Shown here: one piece after another, positions 58,821-64,000 of the stretch
Numbering within the stretch: the first letter of the stretch is position 1
How the letters are laid out: each line of letters begins with the position of its first letter
Origin: an uncultured delta proteobacterium
GTDB lineage: Bacteria; Desulfobacterota; Binatia; Binatales; Binataceae
Assembly: GCA_963765675.1 (NCBI GenBank)
Contig: CAVXXK010000001.1
Location: forward strand, 2,080,001-2,144,000
Direction of reading: 5' to 3'
Length of the DNA stretch: 64,000 bases
Translations under genes and position numbers: made by a program
Notes under the pieces: model-generated
Seen by the model: the letters and a program-made list of their open reading frames with translations, nothing else
What the model was told of the DNA's origin: nothing
Databases searched by the model: none

Positions 58821-59324
58821 ATGCGCCTGTGGGCGCCTTGGCGTTACACCTACCTGCGTTCGGCGCCGGGCCGAAAGCCCGAATGCATCTTCTGCTTCGA
58901 GCGTCTGACCGCGGCCGAACGGCGCAAGCGGCTGGTGATGCTCGAGGCCGGGCGCTCGGTCGTGATGCTCAATCGTTATCCCTACAGCAATGGACACGTG
59001 ATGATCGCGCCGCGCCGGCATGTCGCGTCGCCTGAGCTACTGACTCGCGACGAGCGGATCGAAATCGGAGAGCTCGTGGCGGAAGCGATCACTATCCTGC
59101 GCACGGAACTGAGGCCCTCTGGCATCAACGTGGGCGCCAATCTGGGGCGCAGCGCCGGCGCGGGATTCGCCGAGCACATGCATTGGCACGTGGTCCCGCG
59201 CTGGGACGGTGACAACAACTTCATGCCGGTGCTTGCCTCGACGCGCGTGCTGTCGCAGAGTCTCGAAGACAGCTACGCGCAACTGAGCCCGCTTTTCAAA
59301 GCGATCGAGGCTGGTTTATCCTGA
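58821..59324 (+). CDS. HIT domain protein
   Basis: LWAPWR, CIFC, LNRYPY..GH, HMHWHVVPRW.GD. Confidence 0.9.
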   Translation: MRLWAPWRYTYLRSAPGRKPECIFCFERLTAAERRKRLVMLEAGRSVVMLNRYPYSNGHVMIAPRRHVASPELLTRDERIEIGELVAEAITILRTELRPSGINVGANLGRSAGAGFAEHMHWHVVPRWDGDNNFMPVLASTRVLSQSLEDSYAQLSPLFKAIEAGLS

Positions 59325-59352
59325 ACAGGGAAGGGCGCTCCGGGAATAATCG

Positions 59353-60762
59353 ATGGACCAAACTCTGACCAATATCCGTACGCTCGGCGGCCTTCGTTCC
59401 GCCGGTTATGAAACGCTCCCGGTGCGCATGGAGATGCGCCGCAATCTGCTCGCGCGGCTGCGCGCGAAAGAGGGCATCCTGCCGGGGATCGTCGGCTACG
59501 AAGAGACGGTGGTGCCCGAGATCGAAAACGGGATCCTCGCGGGGCATCACATGATCTTCCTGGGCGAGCGCGGACAGGCGAAGTCGCGGATCATCCGCGC
59601 GCTGGTGAGCCTGCTCGACGAGTTCGTGCCAGCGGTGGCGGGATGCGAGATCGACGACGATCCGTTCGCGCCGATTTGCCGCCGATGCCGCCGACTAGCC
59701 GAGGAGAAAGGCGACGAGCTCGAGATTCATTGGATCGGCCGCGACCGCCGCTACGCCGAGAAGCTCGCGACGCCGGACGTCTCGGTTGCCGACCTGATCG
59801 GCGAGATCGATCCGATCAAGGTCGCCGAGGGGCGCTACCTCGCCGACGAGGAGACGATCCACTACGGCCTTATCCCGCGCACCAATCGCGGTATCTTCGC
59901 GATCAACGAGCTGCCCGACCTGACCGAGAAGGTGCAGGTCGGACTGTTCAACCTGATGGAAGAGAAAGACGTCCAGATCAAGGGCTACAAGATTCGCCTG
60001 CCGGTCGACGTGGTGTTCGTAGCGAGCGCGAACCCGGAGGATTACACCTCGCGCGGCAGGATTATCACGCCGCTCAAGGATCGTTTCGATATTCAGATTC
60101 GCACGCATTATCCCAAGAAGATCGAAGACGAAATCGCGATCATGGAGCAGGAGGCGCTCTACCCGCCGCGCCCCGGGATGGACGTGCGCGTTCCGCAATT
60201 CTTGAAGGACATTATCGCGCAGATCACCTTCGAGGCGCGCGGCTCGAACGAGATTAACCAGTCGTCGGGCGTATCGGTCCGCGTCACGATCAACAACTTC
60301 GAGTCGGTGCTCTCGAACGCGGAGAAGCGTTCGGTTATCAACGGCGAGAATGAGATCGTGCCGCGCATCTCGGATCTACATTCGCTCTACGCCTCGACCG
60401 CCGGAAAGATCGAGCTCGAATACGTGGGCGAGGACAAGAAGGAAGACGACCTGGTCGAGCGGCTGATAAATCGCGCGGTGCTCAAAGTTTTCGATCGCTA
60501 CTTGAAGCTCGACGATCTGAAAAAGGTCAGCAGCTATTTCGAGCAGGGATGGGGCGTCGAGGTTTCCGATCGCGCGCCCTCGTCGGAATACATGGAGCCG
60601 CTGCGCGAAGTCACCGGCCTGCGCGAGGCGATCGCGGCGCTCGGCCCGTTCGAGACTCCGGGGCTGATGGCTGCCGCGAGCGAATTTATTTTCGAGGGTC
60701 TGCATCTGCATCAGAAATTAAACAAGGACCGCCAGGGCGGCCGCTTCGCGTATCATTCCTGA
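59353..60762 (+). CDS. AAA+ ATPase (Mg-chelatase/MoxR-like)
   Basis: GERGQAKSR, INELPDL, SANPEDYT.RGRIITPLKDRF. Confidence 0.85.
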   Translation: MDQTLTNIRTLGGLRSAGYETLPVRMEMRRNLLARLRAKEGILPGIVGYEETVVPEIENGILAGHHMIFLGERGQAKSRIIRALVSLLDEFVPAVAGCEIDDDPFAPICRRCRRLAEEKGDELEIHWIGRDRRYAEKLATPDVSVADLIGEIDPIKVAEGRYLADEETIHYGLIPRTNRGIFAINELPDLTEKVQVGLFNLMEEKDVQIKGYKIRLPVDVVFVASANPEDYTSRGRIITPLKDRFDIQIRTHYPKKIEDEIAIMEQEALYPPRPGMDVRVPQFLKDIIAQITFEARGSNEINQSSGVSVRVTINNFESVLSNAEKRSVINGENEIVPRISDLHSLYASTAGKIELEYVGEDKKEDDLVERLINRAVLKVFDRYLKLDDLKKVSSYFEQGWGVEVSDRAPSSEYMEPLREVTGLREAIAALGPFETPGLMAAASEFIFEGLHLHQKLNKDRQGGRFAYHS

Positions 60763-60786
60763 TCCTGACGGATAAACAGGCGCGCG

Positions 60787-62379
60787 ATGGTCAATACACG
60801 CTACACGCAGTGGGACGGCACTCAGAAGCTCAAGCTCGACGCCGACAAGGTGTTCGAGAAGCTCGCGGAGTACATGTCCTATACCGACGATGTCCGCCAG
60901 GCGATGGACTGGATGATGCGCCAGGGGATGGAGTTCGACGGCGTGCAGGTGATGGGACTCGAGGAGTTCATCGAGCAACTGCGCCAGGAGATGCGCCAGC
61001 GCTACCGCGATTTCAATCTCAAGAGCTCGCTGTCCGAGATGGAGCAGAAGCTCGAAGACATCCTGAACCGCGAGCGCAACACCCTTGATTCGCTGAAGGG
61101 GCAGAAGCCCGGCGTTGAGGACAAGCAGCGCGAGCTCTCGCGCACGCCGCGACGGCTCTCGGAAGCGATCCGAAAGCTCGAAGGCTACGACTTCGAAGAT
61201 GCCCAGGCCAAAGCCGATTTCGACGAGCTGCTCGAAGAGTACGAAAATATCCGCGACCTCGAGAACTTCCGCGACCGCAATCAGCACATGTTCCACGGAC
61301 AGAAGAGCCTCGGCTACCAGGAGTCGCTCGACCTGATGCGCGAGATGGAGCGGATGCGCCAGCTCGAACAGGACCTGATGTCCGGGAACTTCGAGACCAT
61401 CTCGATGGAGGATCTACAGCAGATCCTCGGGCAGCAGGCGGCCAAGGATTTTCAGAATCTGAAACAGGTGATGGTGCTGCTGGCGGACTCGGGCTACGTG
61501 ATGCCCAAGGGCGATCATTTTCAGCTCTCGCCCAAAGGCGTCCGGCGAATCGGCCAGCTCGCGCTGCGCGACATCTACCAGAACCTGCTGAAAGATCGCG
61601 GCGGCTCGCATATGACCGACCATCGCGGCGTCACCGAGATGCGTCCCGACGAGACCAAGCCCTACGCGTTCGGCGACCCGATGAATCTCGATCTGGTCGG
61701 CACCCTCAAGAAAGCGCTGGCGCGCAAGGCCGGCGTGCCGCTCGAGCTCGCGCCGAGCGACTTCGAGATTTACGAAAGCGATTTCGGCAGCACCTCATCG
61801 ACGGTGCTGTGCCTTGATATGTCGTGGTCGATGAGCTGGGAGGGGCGGTTTGCGGCGGCGAAGAAAGTCGCGATGGCGATGGAGACGCTGATCCGCTCGA
61901 AGTTCCCGCGCGATTTCTTTTCGATCGTCGGTTTCTTCACCCGCGCGGTCGAGCTCAAGCTCAAGGACCTGCCCGAGGCGTCGTGGAACATGGGCGACCC
62001 GTTCACCAATCTGCAGGACGGGCTGCGCCTCGCGTCGGACCTGCTCGGGCGGCATCCGTCGCGCAACCAGCACATCATCGTGATCACCGACGGGCAGCCG
62101 ACCGCGTATTTCCTGAACAAACGGCTCTATTGCGAATGGCCGCTCTCATTCGGCGGCATCAGCATGCGCGCCGCGCAGGAGACGCTAAAGGAAGTCGAGC
62201 GCATCACGCGCAAGGGCATCACCATCAACACCTTCATGCTCGACGATTCGCCGAGCCTGCGCGCCTTCGTCGAGAAGATGACGCAGATAAATCGCGGCCG
62301 CGCGCTCTACACCCGTCCCGATCATCTGGGCGAGTACATGCTGGTCGATTATCTCTCCAAGAAGCGCAAGCGTGCCTGA
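60787..62379 (+). CDS. VWA domain protein
   Basis: MIDAS DMSWS, TNLQDGL, ITDGQPT. Confidence 0.85.
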   Translation: MVNTRYTQWDGTQKLKLDADKVFEKLAEYMSYTDDVRQAMDWMMRQGMEFDGVQVMGLEEFIEQLRQEMRQRYRDFNLKSSLSEMEQKLEDILNRERNTLDSLKGQKPGVEDKQRELSRTPRRLSEAIRKLEGYDFEDAQAKADFDELLEEYENIRDLENFRDRNQHMFHGQKSLGYQESLDLMREMERMRQLEQDLMSGNFETISMEDLQQILGQQAAKDFQNLKQVMVLLADSGYVMPKGDHFQLSPKGVRRIGQLALRDIYQNLLKDRGGSHMTDHRGVTEMRPDETKPYAFGDPMNLDLVGTLKKALARKAGVPLELAPSDFEIYESDFGSTSSTVLCLDMSWSMSWEGRFAAAKKVAMAMETLIRSKFPRDFFSIVGFFTRAVELKLKDLPEASWNMGDPFTNLQDGLRLASDLLGRHPSRNQHIIVITDGQPTAYFLNKRLYCEWPLSFGGISMRAAQETLKEVERITRKGITINTFMLDDSPSLRAFVEKMTQINRGRALYTRPDHLGEYMLVDYLSKKRKRA

Positions 62380-63163
62380 ACCGCGCCGCGATCAGGCCGC
62401 CGCCGCCGTCGCGCCGGGCGTCATCCACGAGGGCGACGCGATCGCGGTGATGAGCGGATGGCCCGACGCGTCGATCGACGCGTGCATCACCGATCCTCCC
62501 TACAACATGAGCGGGCGCAAAGGCCTCAAGTGGGCGTTCAGTACGCACGTCACGATGGAGCAGCGGTGGGACCAGTTCACCCCGGAAGAGTACGTCGAGT
62601 TTACGCGGCGATGGCTCGCCGAGGTTTGCCGCGTGGTCCGTCCCAACGGAAACATCCTGGTGTTCGGAAGCTTCCACAACATCTACGTGATCGGATACGT
62701 CCTCGGACAGTTGCTCAATCGGCGCATCCTGCAGCAGATCACGTGGTTCAAGCCCAACGCGCAGCCGAACATCACCGGCAGGCTTCCGACCGAGAGCACC
62801 GAGTATGTGATTTGGGCGTGCAACAACACGCCCGAGCGCGCGAGTCACTGGAGCTTCGACTACGCGGTCTCCAAGGAGATCGGCGGCGGCAAGCAACTGC
62901 GTAACCTGTGGAATATTCCGTGCACGCCACGCTCCGAACGCGGTGCCGGCAAGCATCCGACGCAGAAGCCGCTCGAAATTGCTGAGAGGATCGTGCGGCT
63001 CTGGACGAAGCCGGGTGACACCGTGCTCGATTGCTTTCTCGGCACGGGGACGACGGCGGTGGCCGCCGAAAAGCTCGGACGGCGATGGATTGGGATCGAG
63101 CGCGACCCCGCGTATGCGGCGATCGCGCGCAGCCGTATCGCGGAATTATCGCGCGGGCGATGA
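62372..63163 (+). CDS. Orphan beta-class N6A/N4C DNA methyltransferase (DpnA/CcrM-like)
   Basis: DPPY precedes HPTQKP and FLGTGTT; no adjacent restriction enzyme. Confidence 0.9.
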   Translation: MPEPRRDQAAAAVAPGVIHEGDAIAVMSGWPDASIDACITDPPYNMSGRKGLKWAFSTHVTMEQRWDQFTPEEYVEFTRRWLAEVCRVVRPNGNILVFGSFHNIYVIGYVLGQLLNRRILQQITWFKPNAQPNITGRLPTESTEYVIWACNNTPERASHWSFDYAVSKEIGGGKQLRNLWNIPCTPRSERGAGKHPTQKPLEIAERIVRLWTKPGDTVLDCFLGTGTTAVAAEKLGRRWIGIERDPAYAAIARSRIAELSRGR

Positions 63164-64000
63164 CGCCGCGCGGGGCGAAGGCTCTTCAGCGGCCGCGTGC
63201 GCGGCGTCGCTCTCGGGTAGCTGCCAGGTTCCGCCGATCTGCCTGAGCACGATCCGATTGGACTGATCTCCGGCCGCGCGGACGAGGCGCGAGAGTGGTT
63301 CGTCCATCGGCTCCTTCGAGAGCTTGAACGTCCCCCAATGAATCGGCAGCAGGTATTTTGCGCCGGTCTGCTGGAACATCGACCAGACCTGCTCGGGATT
63401 CGCATGATTGTAGATCCACGGGTCGTATGCGCCAATCGAAAACGCCGCGACCTCGGGCGGGTCGCTCGCCAGCGCCCCGAACACGTCGGTGTTCGCGCTG
63501 TCGCACGCCAGCAGCATCCGCACCCCGTTCTTTTCGAGCACGTAGCTGTTGAAGCCGTAATCTTCGCCGAACGGTGGCCAGCGCTTGCCCCAATGCTTCG
63601 CCGCCATCGCGCGCACGGTCAGCCCCTTGACCTCGGTTGATTCGCCCCACTTGAGCTCGCGCACGTCGGTGAAGCCGAGCGGCGCGATCAGCGCCGAACA
63701 CTTGGCGCACGCGATCACCGTCGCGCTTTTCGGAAGCGTCTTGAGCGACGGAATATCCAGATGATCCATGTGCGCGTGCGTGATCAGGATGACGTCGAGG
63801 TTCTGCAGATCAGCCGGCGCAAGCGGCGGCGGAGTCACGCGGCGCGGCCCGATCGTGAAGATCGAATCGAATGCGAGTCCGACCCGGTCGAACAGCGACG
63901 GATCGGTCAGCACGCGCACGCCCAGGTAGTTCATCAACAGCGTCGCGTGGCCGAGGTTCGCGATGGTGAGAGCGCTGTCCGGCCATGCGGCGGGATTCGG
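63146..64000 (-). CDS. MBL-fold metallohydrolase (RomA/NAPE-PLD-like), 5' partial
   Basis: LGHATL, LTDP, THAHMDHLD, IGAY.P, PIHWGTF. Confidence 0.85.
   Translation of the reverse strand, partial: PNPAAWPDSALTIANLGHATLLMNYLGVRVLTDPSLFDRVGLAFDSIFTIGPRRVTPPPLAPADLQNLDVILITHAHMDHLDIPSLKTLPKSATVIACAKCSALIAPLGFTDVRELKWGESTEVKGLTVRAMAAKHWGKRWPPFGEDYGFNSYVLEKNGVRMLLACDSANTDVFGALASDPPEVAAFSIGAYDPWIYNHANPEQVWSMFQQTGAKYLLPIHWGTFKLSKEPMDEPLSRLVRAAGDQSNRIVLRQIGGTWQLPESDAAHAAAEEPSPRAASSPAR

Noticed and set aside
62372-63163. Restriction-modification system or true CcrM
   Set aside because: No endonuclease adjacent, and the CcrM C-terminal extension is absent
1-64000. tRNA, rRNA or prophage genes
   Set aside because: None recognised by eye; a covariance-model scan would be needed to exclude small RNAs

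Overview
GC-rich bacterial chromosomal segment. Gene content and a characteristic small secreted protein suggest a Deltaproteobacteria-like lineage, plausibly Ca. Binatota (inference). It is mostly housekeeping: LPS core transferases with yicC-gmk-rel-ridA; a long minus-strand envelope operon (lolC/E-lolD-bamA-skp-fabZ-lpxA-lpxI-Gfo/Idh/MocA ... lpxB-msbA-waaA-lpxK-Trm112-GT87-kinase); a stand-alone gspD; lpxL; moaA; rpmB; and mutL-miaA-accA-pheA-hisC-tyrA-cmk-rpsA-ihfB-HIT-AAA/VWA with an orphan DNA methyltransferase. The lipid A operon is split by an ~8.3 kb partly decayed copper/metal cluster (DUF2318, SCO, GNAT toxin-antitoxin, hldD, TlpA, outer-membrane proteins, copC/copD). The most unusual part is 36.2-39.1 kb. 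It holds a GIY-YIG nuclease gene enclosed by 45-bp inverted repeats and a RIO1 kinase behind what looks like a complete leader-peptide attenuator (promoter, 22-aa uORF, antiterminator, terminator). It also holds an intergenic kilobase packed with several distinct palindromic repeat classes. Single-base frameshifts in conserved genes (pheA, cmk, ihfB, two kinases) are probably assembly errors. All calls are by-eye motif recognition; no searches were run.
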